A DNA stretch of 64,000 nucleotides. Source: a virus. Lineage: Duplodnaviria; Caudoviricetes. The notes beneath the pieces were generated by a model. The model saw nothing but the letters and a program-made list of their open reading frames with translations. It ran no database searches and was not told where the DNA came from. This document shows positions 48,930-59,359 of the stretch, piece after piece. The translations under genes and the position numbers were made by a program. Position 1 is the first letter of the stretch; every line of letters starts with the position of its first letter. The stretch covers positions 1-64,000 of IMG/VR virus record IMGVR_UViG_3300026549_000071. One strand, written 5' to 3'.

Positions 48930-50864
48930 ATGCAGAATACGAAAACAGATGTCGTTGAAAAACGTATTACAGAACTTGCAGAAGAATATCCTTGCAATGT
49001 AATTACGAACGAAGTATTCCAAGAAAGAATCCGTGATATTTTTAATCTTCTGGCAAATATCGTAGGACGAACGGTTGGTCCTTACGGTGCCGCTACGATG
49101 ATTGAAGAGATGGGTGCTTACCATATGACCAAGGATGGTTTTACGGTACTGAAGAACATTCACTTCGATAACCGTAAGGATAATACCATTCTCAATTTGA
49201 TCCTCACGATTTCACATCAAATGGTGATGAAGGTTGGTGATGGATCTACAACGGCGATTCTTGCTGCACATGAATTTTTGGATCTTCTTCGGAAGAATGA
49301 TGTCCTGAAAGGAATTCGTCCGAAGGATATTCAGGATTATATAAAAGAGTATGTGGATCTTCTCTGTGAAGAAATTCAAAAGAATGCGATTCAGATCACA
49401 GATGAGAACTACGTCGATGTAATGGAAAAGATCGCTCGTGTAGCAACGAATGATAATGATGAATATACAGAGTTCATCAAAGAGATCTATGAGAAGTCTG
49501 GCCGTGATACGACGATCAGTAAACGTATGTCTCTGACCGATAAAGCGAAGTATGAGATCATGGATGATATGTTTTATATCCGTGGTACATACATTGATAA
49601 GGTTTATTGTAATTCGGAAGGTGGAGCAAAGTGCAACATCGTTCATCCGAATGTACTTCTCTTTAACTTCACTCTTGGGAATGAGCATTGGGATATGGTG
49701 AAGCTTGCTCTTTCCTATATGATGAAGAATAAACCCGGGGAACGTCTCGTTATCATTGCTCCGAACTATGATCAGTATTTCATGGATAAGCTTCGTAGTG
49801 ATGCACAGGATTTCATTACTGCTTATAATGAAGAGAATTCTGGTGGTGGAGCAATTCCGTTCCCGATGGTATTTGCGAGGAATCCTTATTATCATCCGGT
49901 AGAGCGTCCGATCTTTGAAGATCTTGCTCCTTTCCTGGGTACGAGAATTGTGAATCCGTTTGATGCAGAAGAGATTGGTAAACTCATTACAGAGTATTAC
50001 AAAGTTGCTTCTACGTATCAGCAGGCAGTAGATTCTCAGAAGAAAGCCGATCAGATGTATCGGGAACAGATGAATGTTGCTGTTGCCAATGGAAAGAACC
50101 CGAATACGATTGAACGTGTTCATGTTACCATTCCTGACGACGATGGGCAGGGTCTTCGCAAAGAACTCGAAGAGAAGATGGGTAAATTCTTCGGTACTTG
50201 TGATGATATCTCCATTGGTAATGAGAACATTGAGTTCCATGGATTCTCTCATATCAATCAGTCTCTCGTTGATACTCACATCCTTGATGCAAAGGATCAG
50301 TATCAGAAAGAACTGGATGAGATTGAAAACCAGCGTTATATTACCAAGAACTATATCAATGCAAAAGAACGTCTCGCACGTATTGCTTGTAAGTCAGCAA
50401 TGATTTACGTCGGCGGTCATTCGGATCTGGAGAAGAAGATGAATGATGATTCTCTGGATGATGCCATTCGTGCTTGCCAGTCTGCATTGAACTATGGTTA
50501 TAACCTTGGCAATAACATTGCAATTTTCCGTGCAATTGATACAGTTCAGCCGAAACTGACGACGGATATCATGAAATCAATTTCGGAGACGATGTGCCAA
50601 GCATTTGTGCATGTCATCAATACGGTTCATTGCAATAAGTTCGGTGATGATTTCCCTGCGGATAAAACGCAGTATATCATTGATGAATCGCTTCGTACGA
50701 ATAAGTGTTTCGATCTGAATACAGAGAAATACACGAAAGATATCATTAACTCTTGCCGTACGGATATTGAAATTCTCAAAGGTGCAATTAGCATCGTTGG
50801 TACGATTCTCTCGGCAAATCAGTATATTGCTGCGGATATTCAGACGGGTAAGAATACAAAGTGA
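48930..50864 (+). CDS. groEL: Phage-encoded GroEL-like chaperonin
   Basis: TVGPYG, MTKDGFTVLKNI, VGDGSTTA, DDSLDDAIRACQSAL. Confidence 0.9.
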   Translation: MQNTKTDVVEKRITELAEEYPCNVITNEVFQERIRDIFNLLANIVGRTVGPYGAATMIEEMGAYHMTKDGFTVLKNIHFDNRKDNTILNLILTISHQMVMKVGDGSTTAILAAHEFLDLLRKNDVLKGIRPKDIQDYIKEYVDLLCEEIQKNAIQITDENYVDVMEKIARVATNDNDEYTEFIKEIYEKSGRDTTISKRMSLTDKAKYEIMDDMFYIRGTYIDKVYCNSEGGAKCNIVHPNVLLFNFTLGNEHWDMVKLALSYMMKNKPGERLVIIAPNYDQYFMDKLRSDAQDFITAYNEENSGGGAIPFPMVFARNPYYHPVERPIFEDLAPFLGTRIVNPFDAEEIGKLITEYYKVASTYQQAVDSQKKADQMYREQMNVAVANGKNPNTIERVHVTIPDDDGQGLRKELEEKMGKFFGTCDDISIGNENIEFHGFSHINQSLVDTHILDAKDQYQKELDEIENQRYITKNYINAKERLARIACKSAMIYVGGHSDLEKKMNDDSLDDAIRACQSALNYGYNLGNNIAIFRAIDTVQPKLTTDIMKSISETMCQAFVHVINTVHCNKFGDDFPADKTQYIIDESLRTNKCFDLNTEKYTKDIINSCRTDIEILKGAISIVGTILSANQYIAADIQTGKNTK

Positions 50865-50978
50865 GCATTGTTTAATTGAAAATAAAATTTTAGCTAACAG
50901 CATTATATCGGAAAATGAATGCAATTTTCCGATATAATGCATTTTTTGTTTTGAAATTTGGAAAGGTGGGATTTTTAT

Positions 50979-51827
50979 ATGCCATTCGTTCCACCCATCC
51001 TCGAAAATGTCGTTATGGATCCTAGTAAATTTGGTGGTCCAGCAACATTTCGTGGATTGGTACAAAGAAATCATTATGTGAAACGATATCAAGACTATCT
51101 GCGAAAGAATAAAACGATCGTAATGAATATCTATTACGATAAGGATGATCAGCAGGAAAAAGAAGTGTTCTATCACTTTCAGTTTCCTTCTGATGCAAAT
51201 CCACAAGTGATTTATGATGTCGTTTTACGGTTTTATGCGCCGAACTCGGTTGTGCGCGAGGAAGAAACCTTGCGGAATTATAAGATTCAAATCTTCTCTA
51301 ATTCACCGGGTTTTACGTTTCAATTTGCTTATGCATATAATAAGAGGAAACTTTTGATTGAAGATTTACGGAATAAATTTTCTCCGAATGTCTTAGAGAA
51401 AGAACCTCAAAAAACAAATCCAAACAACGCAATTGGATATGATTATACGGTATTCTTTGCTTTGTATCATCTTCATATCAATCAAGATTACCTGAAGAAA
51501 GCAGTGATTGCTGCTTATGCTGGTGATATTGATAAATTTGAAATGGATGAGATTCCTACCGCAGCTACGGTATATCAACGACGTTCTCAGAAGCAATTGA
51601 TTGATTTTGATCGGATTAAAAAGAAGGCTGAAAGATTTGGTGATAAAGTACAGAAGAAGATTGAAAAAATCGTTACGCCATTTCTTCCAGGAACAAATCG
51701 ATCAAATCATCAAAGAAAACATGGAGCATTGAATGGTAATGGGGGAACCAAATCGAGAAAAGGTACAACTACTACCAAAGCTCAGAAAGCATCCAAAGCT
51801 GTAAGAAAGCATGGATATTTCAAATAG
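50979..51827 (+). CDS. Hypothetical protein with basic tail
   Basis: Long ORF; AACA-N6-TA motif at 50896. Confidence 0.7.
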   Translation: MPFVPPILENVVMDPSKFGGPATFRGLVQRNHYVKRYQDYLRKNKTIVMNIYYDKDDQQEKEVFYHFQFPSDANPQVIYDVVLRFYAPNSVVREEETLRNYKIQIFSNSPGFTFQFAYAYNKRKLLIEDLRNKFSPNVLEKEPQKTNPNNAIGYDYTVFFALYHLHINQDYLKKAVIAAYAGDIDKFEMDEIPTAATVYQRRSQKQLIDFDRIKKKAERFGDKVQKKIEKIVTPFLPGTNRSNHQRKHGALNGNGGTKSRKGTTTTKAQKASKAVRKHGYFK

Positions 51828-51895
51828 CGTTTGGCGTATATATTATATTTCCAAGGTAAAGAAGAGTTTCAAAAGAAGACGTTGGAGGTTATGAC

Positions 51896-53452
51896 ATGGA
51901 GGAGAAAAAATCCTTAGATTTGTTACCTGTCAAAGAAGGAGTGATTCCAGTTGATACTTGGATCGGGGATGAAAAAGATCAAGTTGTCACATATGCAGGA
52001 AAATCTGTGGTCATTCCTTTTGATAAATTAATTGATCAGTTGCACAGTGATGCATTGAATGTATTCTTTGTGAGCTATAAAGATAGCTATGTAAAGAAAT
52101 TTGATCAGATTACGAAGTACATCAATTACTTCATTAAGTATTATGACGATGATAACGAATTGATCATGAACTACTTGCATTGCAAGTACATGATTGATAG
52201 TCGGAAAACAAATCCAAGTCGTACAACGATGATTAAGTTCATCTATAAGTATTTCGTTACAAAAACGATGTACGAAAAGGTGAAACGTTTTGTTGAAGAT
52301 AACTATCGTATCGACTTGGCACAGAATAAAGAGCCTGGAAAGGATTATCAAGAATCCTTGGAGTTTACGAATAAACATGCAAAAATTCTCATGTTAATTT
52401 CGACATTCATAAAATTCTTGATTCCTTTGGTCATGCATTATGTAAGCATTGTCAAAGGAAAACCTGAGGTAAAGAAACTGATTCTCTATTATCGTCCACT
52501 CTTTGATTTGACCTATAAGGTCGAAGGAGTGAACCTTTATGCGAAACTGTTTCATAGTATTCAGGTGAAAGTAAACTTCAATGAGAATAATAACCCTGCC
52601 ATCTGGGCAAAGTATGAAGCTACTTCGGTAGATCCTGTATCCTACGCAGAAGAGCTTCTGGATAAGAACTTGATTATTGATAACGTATTCAAATACGTTT
52701 TTGATAAATCCATTGTAGCATTTAACAGTGTAATTTTAAAGACACAGTTGGAATATCGTTGCATTAAGAACTTCGGTTTGAATATGCAAGAAATCAGTAC
52801 GGATCGTGATTCCGATGGCTTATCCTATATGGATAAACTGGAAATGGATAGTATCAAGATTGATGAGAATAATATCCTGCTCAGTAAAGTCAATATCAAA
52901 AACACGATCAAACGGATCAAGAAGAAAACACATATTAAGATCTCCAAGGAAGAGATTGAGTTTTATAAGAAGAATATGAAAGTATCGAAGATCGGGAAGT
53001 CTTTGGTATTCTCATATTACTCAAAGATTTTCCATGGATTCCAAGATCTCAATAGTATTACGTTAAAGAAATACATTGAGCTCATGATTCTTATGAAACG
53101 TCGCTTGGAGTGCAATGGGTATATTTATTTACCTCAGGTCATTTCAGCAAATGTTCTTGGACGTGCAGTGAATCGTCTGAGCCATAATGCGAAACGTATT
53201 TCTCGTATTGAAGAAACTGCTACGTATCAGAATCTTCAGAGAAATAAGTATCCATCTTTAGTGGATGCCAATGAGAATAATCTTTTGGATAAGAAGAAGG
53301 CTAGGAATCTGATTTTGAGTCCTTTGATTACCATTGAGAATACAGCATTTGGTTTCGTCGATTACGATGAACCGAAGAAACTCAATAAGGTGATTCGTTT
53401 CGACTATGATATTCTTGCACAAGAGTTCATGGATTTCATTAACTCGATTTAA
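51896..53452 (+). CDS. Hypothetical 518-aa helical protein; candidate RNAP promoter-specificity subunit (AR9 gp226 / phiKZ gp68-like)
   Basis: The ORF itself is secure; the function is inferred from size, the early-type promoter motif at 51837 and its position two genes from the chaperonin, as gp226 and gp228 are in AR9. Confidence 0.4.
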   Translation: MEEKKSLDLLPVKEGVIPVDTWIGDEKDQVVTYAGKSVVIPFDKLIDQLHSDALNVFFVSYKDSYVKKFDQITKYINYFIKYYDDDNELIMNYLHCKYMIDSRKTNPSRTTMIKFIYKYFVTKTMYEKVKRFVEDNYRIDLAQNKEPGKDYQESLEFTNKHAKILMLISTFIKFLIPLVMHYVSIVKGKPEVKKLILYYRPLFDLTYKVEGVNLYAKLFHSIQVKVNFNENNNPAIWAKYEATSVDPVSYAEELLDKNLIIDNVFKYVFDKSIVAFNSVILKTQLEYRCIKNFGLNMQEISTDRDSDGLSYMDKLEMDSIKIDENNILLSKVNIKNTIKRIKKKTHIKISKEEIEFYKKNMKVSKIGKSLVFSYYSKIFHGFQDLNSITLKKYIELMILMKRRLECNGYIYLPQVISANVLGRAVNRLSHNAKRISRIEETATYQNLQRNKYPSLVDANENNLLDKKKARNLILSPLITIENTAFGFVDYDEPKKLNKVIRFDYDILAQEFMDFINSI

Positions 53453-53559
53453 CAATTGACTTTGAAAATCTCTTTAGACTACAGAATATTAGTTTAAAGA
53501 GATTTTCATTTTTTGATTGGAATATATATTATTTTACTAAGAAAGGAAAGTGATAAAAA

Positions 53560-53937
53560 TTGATCAGTGAATTAGAAAGAAATCTTGCTCGACTCTCGTT
53601 AATCGAAGAGAAGTTTGAATATACCGATGCAAAGTTAAAGAAGATGCGTCATTTAAGTCAGAAATTAGTAAGTCGGGTGAGATACGTTATAAAGAATCTG
53701 GATATCCAACCGAAGATTTATCCAACGCCAAGAGGAAGTCTTCGGATACAATATGAACCAAAGGATGATTCATATTATGAAGCAGAACTTTTCAAAGATG
53801 GAAAAGTATCGGTTATGGTAATTCCAGAGAATAAAGATTATGAAAATGCTATATTCTATGATTTTACAGATAGACCAAAGAAGTTAATTGATTCTATGAA
53901 TCAATTTGCAAGAGAGCGTGAAATTGATGGAGATTAA
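53560..53937 (+). CDS. Hypothetical protein
   Basis: 125-aa ORF; TATATATTAT motif at 53523. Confidence 0.65.
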   Translation: MISELERNLARLSLIEEKFEYTDAKLKKMRHLSQKLVSRVRYVIKNLDIQPKIYPTPRGSLRIQYEPKDDSYYEAELFKDGKVSVMVIPENKDYENAIFYDFTDRPKKLIDSMNQFAREREIDGD

Positions 53938-54943
53938 ACCCATTATCGAAGCATTACTCAATACACCATATGCAAAGGTCAATGATCCAGAGCATCTTTA
54001 TGTAAGATGCCCGTTGTGTGGAGATTCCATGAAACATCAAGATGGAGCTCATTGTGGAATTTGGATTCGTCCAGGACAACCATTGATTTACCATTGCTGG
54101 ATTTGTGAAGAATCCGGGATTGTGAATACAAGTTTCATGGAAAGCCTTGGGATTACAAATGGTTCAGTTTTAAATGATTTGAATCTCTTGAATCGAGCTG
54201 GTATGAAAGGTGCAAAGTTACAGAGTACCTTTCATATGAGAACGAAAGATTGGAATCCTAGTATTCCAGTGATTCAAGATACAAAAAATAATCAAGAGAA
54301 ACTGGAATACATGAGAAGTCGTTTAGGAATTCCATTTACATATAAATCCTTGGAAGGATTACGTATCATCTTTTCATTGGATGATTTCTTGAAGTTGAAT
54401 CATCTAAGGATTCATCCAAAATATCAGAAGTCAAGATTCTTCTTGAATCGAGATTATGTAGGGTTTTTATCAACGACGAAGGATATGATTACTTTCCGTA
54501 ATATACGGGATAGTAAATACCGGTATATCAAGTATCCAGTGTTTGAAAATAATCCATTAGAGATGCAGAGTTATACGCTTCCATCTCAGGTGAATATGTT
54601 AGAACCAAGTGTAGATTTACACTTGGCAGAAGGAACCTTTGATATCTTAGGAGTATTCTTCCATATTCAACATGCGAACCTAAAGAATCAAATCTATAGT
54701 TCTGTATGTGGAAGTGCCTATAAAAAAACGATCCAATATTTCTTACGAAAAGGATTCTTAACCAATCTGAATATTCACATTTATTCGGATCGAGATAAAG
54801 ATCTAGATTTCTATAGAAATATATATTATGATTATGCAGAATGGTTTCGTTCATTTCATGTATATTACAATATGAAATCGAAGGATACTGGAGTAACCAA
54901 AGATGAAATTGAGGAGGTTGAATCCGTTTGGAACCACAACTGA
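53927..54943 (+). CDS. dnaG: DNA primase (Zn finger + TOPRIM)
   Basis: RCPLCGDS...HCWIC Zn finger; AEGTFD and YSDRD TOPRIM acidic motifs. Confidence 0.85.
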   Translation: MEIKPIIEALLNTPYAKVNDPEHLYVRCPLCGDSMKHQDGAHCGIWIRPGQPLIYHCWICEESGIVNTSFMESLGITNGSVLNDLNLLNRAGMKGAKLQSTFHMRTKDWNPSIPVIQDTKNNQEKLEYMRSRLGIPFTYKSLEGLRIIFSLDDFLKLNHLRIHPKYQKSRFFLNRDYVGFLSTTKDMITFRNIRDSKYRYIKYPVFENNPLEMQSYTLPSQVNMLEPSVDLHLAEGTFDILGVFFHIQHANLKNQIYSSVCGSAYKKTIQYFLRKGFLTNLNIHIYSDRDKDLDFYRNIYYDYAEWFRSFHVYYNMKSKDTGVTKDEIEEVESVWNHN

Positions 54944-55821
54944 AGAAATTGATTAGCGACATTAAGCATCAAACAAGAGCTGCTTATGAATTGATCAATG
55001 GATGGATTAATCCAACCGTCAAGTGTAATAAGCTGACGTTTAAGAATCGAACGATTAAAATCGTTTATGATGACGTAGATTCGTATAATGCATGTGTAGG
55101 GTTTGCAAAGACTACAAGTATCGTCATCAATGCAAATGATATTGCAGATATCTTTGTGAACTATCAGGATCAGATGACCGATGAAGATCGATTTGGATAT
55201 CTGATTCTGAACGTAGCACATGAATTATCTCATCTGCAACAGAAAGGTGTGTATCGTCATCATGGAAAGAATATCTATGATATTGAATGGAGTAACGAAC
55301 TGAATGCAAGAGCATTTGTTGTTAAGAATAAACCAGCATTGGAACAAATGCTTCGGAAACCATTTGATATTAGTATGGCAGTTCAACTCTGCGCATATAA
55401 TGATATTCATATGAAGGCAAAAGATAGTACATATCATGCAGTAAGAGATATACGTGAGAAACTCTATGATGTAATGCATCTCTTCTATCTGGATTTGGAG
55501 AAGTTTGAGAAAACACAACCAAGTGATTATATGATTTACTTCAGAGTATTGAATCCATTCAGGGATAAGAACTCCATGAAAGTATTCCAGTTGCATCCAG
55601 ACCGAGGAATGGAAGTGAAGGCATTCTTGAAATTCTTGGATGAAGATATCATGGATTTCTATAAATGGAATGTCGGTATTTCAAAAGAAGGAAAGCAATT
55701 GTATTATGATTTCATGCCAGAAGGAGCCTGTAAAGAAGGATGCATTATCACAATCAGACCCATTTTTGATGAAGACGTTGTGCCTTTCCTTGGAGATGCA
55801 TTGCTGTTAAAAGAAGATTAA
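54928..55821 (+). CDS. Putative zincin-like metalloprotein
   Basis: VAHELSHLQQ HExxH motif with a downstream Glu. Confidence 0.5.
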   Translation: MEPQLKKLISDIKHQTRAAYELINGWINPTVKCNKLTFKNRTIKIVYDDVDSYNACVGFAKTTSIVINANDIADIFVNYQDQMTDEDRFGYLILNVAHELSHLQQKGVYRHHGKNIYDIEWSNELNARAFVVKNKPALEQMLRKPFDISMAVQLCAYNDIHMKAKDSTYHAVRDIREKLYDVMHLFYLDLEKFEKTQPSDYMIYFRVLNPFRDKNSMKVFQLHPDRGMEVKAFLKFLDEDIMDFYKWNVGISKEGKQLYYDFMPEGACKEGCIITIRPIFDEDVVPFLGDALLLKED

Positions 55822-55932
55822 CGGAAAGAAATCCTGAGTTTATGATGGTCAGGATTTCTTTTTTTTCTCTCTTATACCCATTGACAACATTTTAATGCAA
55901 TAAATACCCTTATAGAAAGGAGATTTTAACGA

Positions 55933-56979
55933 ATGGCTGTATTATTTTCAAGGCTTGTAGAGAATGAGACAAATCTCAAGCCTTCTGTACAAAGCCCATT
56001 GATTTATACAGAATCAGCTTGTTCCTTTGTAACGAAGCATTATCTGGATACCAATGATGAATATAATAATATTCTCTTGGAGAATATGCGTACGTGTTAT
56101 TTTGGATCGAAAGCTGAGATCCCTGAAATCATTACGGAAGGTTTTACCGATGCCATCAGCAATATCATTGCTTGGTTTAAGAAATGGCTGGTAAAATTCA
56201 AAAACTTCATTGTGAAGTGCATCCATAAGTTGATTGCTCTCTTTAAGACCGTTGGAAAAATGGTGGATAAATTTGAGGAAAGCCCGAAATATTTTACACC
56301 GTTCACGGTAGAAATGTATGAGTATACGATTCCTGATGATAGTTTGGCAACGAATACCATTGATGAGTATTTCGATATGGTTTTGAACTATGCATTGGAA
56401 ATTGCCCATTCTACGAATAATTCCGTTGGAGCAGTTCTTGCAGAAGCGCGGGAAGCTACTTGCAGCGCAAAGCTGTTGGATATGTATCGTGGAAAGACGA
56501 TTAAACAGGATTCTATCCCTGCATCGGAATATAAGGATGCTGTAAAACGGTATTTCCATAATGGTTCTGATTTGAAGAAGCAAATGGAAATCAATATGAA
56601 TACGGCAACAACGATGTGCAAGAAGTTTAAGCAATTCCATCGTCTCTTGGAATCTGTGAAGAAGAATCGAATTGAGCTGGAAAAGAACTGCAACCTCTCG
56701 ATGGCATTTATTCAGATGGAAAAAGAGCATTTTGTTTCTGTGGAAGCAAAGAAACTTGCAAAGTCTGGTAATCATGATGCTAATGATGTTGCTCTTCTGA
56801 CGAAAATTGATCAGGCCCTTACGATTTATTTTGATCACGTAAATCTGACGGTTCGTAATATTCATCTCATCTTTGATAAGTATTATTCCATTAAGATTGA
56901 TACACTCAAAGATGCCTTGAAGGATTATGGAAAAACGATTGATAAAGTTTACGTTCGTTCTAGGATGGAAGGGAGATGA
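55933..56979 (+). CDS. Probable internal head (virion) protein
   Basis: TE-GF followed by the amphipathic IIAWFKKWLVKFKNFI helix, recalling phiKZ-like head protein paralogues; GACA-N6-TA motif at 55883. Confidence 0.5.
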   Translation: MAVLFSRLVENETNLKPSVQSPLIYTESACSFVTKHYLDTNDEYNNILLENMRTCYFGSKAEIPEIITEGFTDAISNIIAWFKKWLVKFKNFIVKCIHKLIALFKTVGKMVDKFEESPKYFTPFTVEMYEYTIPDDSLATNTIDEYFDMVLNYALEIAHSTNNSVGAVLAEAREATCSAKLLDMYRGKTIKQDSIPASEYKDAVKRYFHNGSDLKKQMEINMNTATTMCKKFKQFHRLLESVKKNRIELEKNCNLSMAFIQMEKEHFVSVEAKKLAKSGNHDANDVALLTKIDQALTIYFDHVNLTVRNIHLIFDKYYSIKIDTLKDALKDYGKTIDKVYVRSRMEGR

Positions 56980-58490
56980 ATGGAAACATGAGTCGTTTAA
57001 CAGCAAATTTAGTTTGCGGAGATACCCATGTAGATACATCTCTCATGGAATCTATAGATGAAGCAATGCTTGCATTGAATGAAGAAGATTCTTATCGCGC
57101 ATTGAATGATCTCTCAGTAGAATGTGAACTTCTGACAGAAGCATACCATGCTGGTACGATGGATATGGAGTATATGCTTTATTCCTTGGAAGATGTACAA
57201 ATTGGTGCAAATAGCAATAAGATCGTTCAACGTCAAACTACTGGTATCATCTCTCGTATTCAAGCTTATATTGATAAGATTATCACTTGGCTGACTAATA
57301 CGATTGATAATTTTATCAGTAATATCTCAAATACTCTTACGGATAATGAGAACTTTATTCGTGAGAATAATGCTACCTTGCGTAATCTTCCACAGGAAGT
57401 TGTGGCTGATATTACGTTGCAAGTTATTCCGTATTGGAACTATGGAATTGACCAGCTTTTGACCGCTGGTGTTCTTCCGTATGATGGAAAGATGCAGCGT
57501 GAAGTAGAACAGATGATTCAGAATCCTACTGGATTCTTTACACAGTTCAAGCAGACAGTAAAATCGTTTGAAGATATTGCTGCACGTTGGTATCCTCAGG
57601 TTATGAAATTCGACCGGAAAGATTGGAAACATGCAGTTCAGATGTTCTATCTGAATGGTAATGAACCGGCTACTCAGCAATTCCAAAATCAGGATGCACA
57701 ACAAGCATTAATTCGTATGTGCGATTATATGACGAAATATCGTACATATGTAGAATATGCAAAGCGTTCGGATGATGCTGCAAAACGCTTGATGCAAAAG
57801 ATTCGTAAAGAATTGGATCAGCTTCGGGAAAATCAGAATCGTCTGAATCAACAAGCTCAGGATATCAAGAATTGGCAAGAAGAGAATAATGCTAAAAAAG
57901 GTGGCGGAGGAAAGAAATCTGCTGTTACAGCATCAGCATATTACTTCCCTCAGGATTATTACTCTGCTCTTGAAGGTAAAAGCCTGAAAGATACGGAATT
58001 TGCTACAATGCTTCCAACGTATGAGGCTGGCTTTGATGTCACCGATACAGCGGGAACTTCACAAGTTAATACGCCGCAGGTTCAAGATATTCAAAAACCA
58101 GAAGGTAAAAAAGGCAAAGTTAGAAAGGTTTTGAATAAGCAAGCGCAACAGAATCAGCAACAGACGAAAGAGAACGATGCTTCTCTTCAGGCTGCTTCTA
58201 CTGCGAATAAAGCAATTCAAATTCTTGCATATCTTGCTGGTCAGCGTCTGAGTATTGTAAAGCAGATAGCAGATCATTATCGTACGATTATGAATCAGAC
58301 GATGGATGCTCTCCGTACGTATAATCAAAATACTGCTCAATCTCGTCAGAATCAGCAGTATAATGATCAGCAACGTCAAAATCTTCAACGGAAACGTCAA
58401 GAAGAAATTGCTGAAATTAAGCATAATAAAGAGAAAGATATTGCAAGTCGAGGTCTTTTGGGAAGAATCAAAGGTCGCATGGGAAACTAA
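56976..58490 (+). CDS. Probable internal head (virion) protein
   Basis: Acidic N-terminal propeptide-like region with several S/A/T-x-E sites, amphipathic YIDKIITWL helix, Gln-rich tail. Confidence 0.5.
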   Translation: MNGNMSRLTANLVCGDTHVDTSLMESIDEAMLALNEEDSYRALNDLSVECELLTEAYHAGTMDMEYMLYSLEDVQIGANSNKIVQRQTTGIISRIQAYIDKIITWLTNTIDNFISNISNTLTDNENFIRENNATLRNLPQEVVADITLQVIPYWNYGIDQLLTAGVLPYDGKMQREVEQMIQNPTGFFTQFKQTVKSFEDIAARWYPQVMKFDRKDWKHAVQMFYLNGNEPATQQFQNQDAQQALIRMCDYMTKYRTYVEYAKRSDDAAKRLMQKIRKELDQLRENQNRLNQQAQDIKNWQEENNAKKGGGGKKSAVTASAYYFPQDYYSALEGKSLKDTEFATMLPTYEAGFDVTDTAGTSQVNTPQVQDIQKPEGKKGKVRKVLNKQAQQNQQQTKENDASLQAASTANKAIQILAYLAGQRLSIVKQIADHYRTIMNQTMDALRTYNQNTAQSRQNQQYNDQQRQNLQRKRQEEIAEIKHNKEKDIASRGLLGRIKGRMGN

Positions 58491-58538
58491 ACCTTATAAA
58501 GAAGGATATGAGAAATTCATTCTCATATCCTTCTTTTT

Positions 58539-58691
58539 TTACTTATGCTCTTCTTTATACTGCTTCATCTGAGCTTCACGCTTTGCATGTGTAACCGCAA
58601 GATCATCTTCCTGCGTAATCACATTGTACTTAGGAATATCCAGACCAACGATATTACCAAGTGCATCATACTCAATGTTTTTTTCTGCCAT
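58539..58691 (-). CDS. 50-aa protein missed by the ORF track; free-standing paralogue of the C-terminal module of 59360-61282
   Basis: AAGGAG RBS; MAEKNIEYDALGNIVGLDIPKYNVITQEDDLAVTHAKREAQMKQYKEEHK. Confidence 0.8.
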   Translation of the reverse strand: MAEKNIEYDALGNIVGLDIPKYNVITQEDDLAVTHAKREAQMKQYKEEHK

Positions 58692-58706
58692 TGTTTTCAG
58701 ACTCCT

Positions 58707-59336
58707 TTACTTATTGGTGGATCCAAATCCACCGGTTCTGGTAGCTGTAACATCGTCATCATCCGTTACATAGTAACGTTGAATGATTCCTTGAGCATAT
58801 GCTCTACCAGCTTCAATCTTGCAGCTACCATTAGTTCCTTCATTCTTAATATTTATCATTATGTGACCTTCGTTAGAAATATTTCCATAATAGTCAGCAT
58901 CAATGATAGATACAATGTTAGGTTCTCTCAATGAGTAATCTCTCCCAAGAGAGGATCTTGGATAGATGGATAAGAAGAATGGAATATCAACGGAGTGATT
59001 TCCACTATCATATCTCCGTGCAGGTTTCCATTTAATTCCAGTGGGGATTGTAATGATTTCACCCGGATCAATTTTCAATGATACAGGCGCAAAGAAATCA
59101 TATCCTGCACTAAATTTGGTTGCTCGTTGAGGAAGTTTGATATTCTCCCAAATGGAATGTAATTCATCTTCGTTATACTTTTCAATCAGATGGAAGAAAT
59201 TCTCTGTACGAGAATTATCTTGCTTCTTTGCAGCAGTTATCCAAGTCTCTAAAGATACTTTCTCAAATCTCATCGTAAAGAGATTTTTACTATCTTTTCT
59301 AGAATATTTCTCAAGTACATCATCGTAGTCGTACAT
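58707..59336 (-). CDS. dut: Trimeric dUTPase
   Basis: SAGYDF, PRSSLG, IIDADYYG, AQGII and RTGGFGST motifs. Confidence 0.92.
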   Translation of the reverse strand: MYDYDDVLEKYSRKDSKNLFTMRFEKVSLETWITAAKKQDNSRTENFFHLIEKYNEDELHSIWENIKLPQRATKFSAGYDFFAPVSLKIDPGEIITIPTGIKWKPARRYDSGNHSVDIPFFLSIYPRSSLGRDYSLREPNIVSIIDADYYGNISNEGHIMINIKNEGTNGSCKIEAGRAYAQGIIQRYYVTDDDDVTATRTGGFGSTNK

Positions 59337-59359
59337 CTGTGTCCCTCCTAAGGTATTAC

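Noticed and set aside
58707-59336. Uracil-substituted genome as in AR9/PBS1
   Set aside because: An intact dUTPase together with ThyX and a dTMP-kinase-like gene argues for thymine DNA (inference, not measured).
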